DNA from: an uncultured Nitrospiraceae bacterium
GTDB lineage: Bacteria; Nitrospirota; Thermodesulfovibrionia; Thermodesulfovibrionales; UBA6898
Reading direction: 5' to 3'
Assembly: GCA_963811165.1 (NCBI GenBank)
Contig: CAWEQH010000010.1
Span: forward strand, 1-64,000
DNA: 64,000 nucleotides
Positions 63,696 through 64,000 of the stretch are shown here, piece after piece; the first letter of the stretch is position 1, and each line of letters opens with the position of its first letter. Position numbers and translations under genes: made by a program. The notes below the pieces were generated by a model. It worked only from the letters and a program-made list of their open reading frames with translations, did not search any database and had not been told where the DNA came from.

Positions 63696-63821
63696 ACTCA
63701 AGACGAGACAAACCGCATCGCGTTCGCTTACGGTGCAACGTACAGTCGGCTGGTAGATCTCAAGAAGAAGTACGACCCGACGAACCTCTTCCGAATGAAC
63801 CAGAACATCAAGCCTGCATGA
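63696..63821 (+). pseudogene. 3' relic of an FAD-linked oxidase (berberine-like C-terminal domain)
   Basis: TQDETNRIAFAYGATYSRLVDLKKKYDPTNLFRMNQNIKPA*, no start or upstream domain. Confidence 0.8.
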
Positions 63822-64000
63822 AAAAAGGGTCATATGCCTGGCGTTATGAGTAGTCCCCTCATAATTCTTCGTTATTGCAATAAGGCGAATTGTGTTTGTC
63901 CTCTAAATGGGTGTCGGTGTAATCCATTATTCCGGATAAGATGACTTAATTCCCTTTATGTTCCATGGGTCTTTAAACCTGCCGGCCCCTGAAAAAGTGC

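Noticed and set aside
63476..63853. 125-aa plus-strand ORF
   Set aside because: No motifs; the recognisable signal is the oxidase relic in another frame

Overview
Bacterial chromosomal window. Gene content (sigma54 two-component systems, TauE/USP locus, STAS-containing chemotaxis cluster, multiheme cytochrome, archaeal-type SAM synthetase) suggests an anaerobic Nitrospirota- or Deltaproteobacteria-like organism; this is inference only. Layout: (1) 1-4205, right end of an integrated element ending in a duplicated 3' half of tRNA-Leu(TAA) with arm-type repeats; (2) 4.3-22.8 kb, housekeeping and signalling genes: SAM synthetase, HD-GYP regulator, PAS kinase, hemerythrin, a candidate anti-SD sRNA, ABC exporter, TusA-MoeB-JAB operon, htpX, a decayed radical SAM gene, P-type ATPase, tmRNA, nitrilase; (3) 23.0-37.3 kb, a sigma54-controlled locus with two paralogous kinases, TauE/SafE, TIGR02186-like protein, USPs, a PEP-utilising enzyme lacking the pyruvate domain, and two GspE-N/MshEN-like proteins carrying 3+2 arginine-heptad DUF202 repeats (best candidate for an undescribed system, possibly a VTC-like pseudo-pentameric anion channel); (4) 37.4-58.9 kb, PAS kinase/NtrC pair and a sigma54-driven chemosensory cluster with triplicated MCP-cheW modules; (5) 59-64 kb, DUF72, frameshifted ligD, pentaheme cytochrome and a gene relic. 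Several single-base frameshifts may be assembly errors. All family assignments are from motif recognition by eye; no database searches were run.
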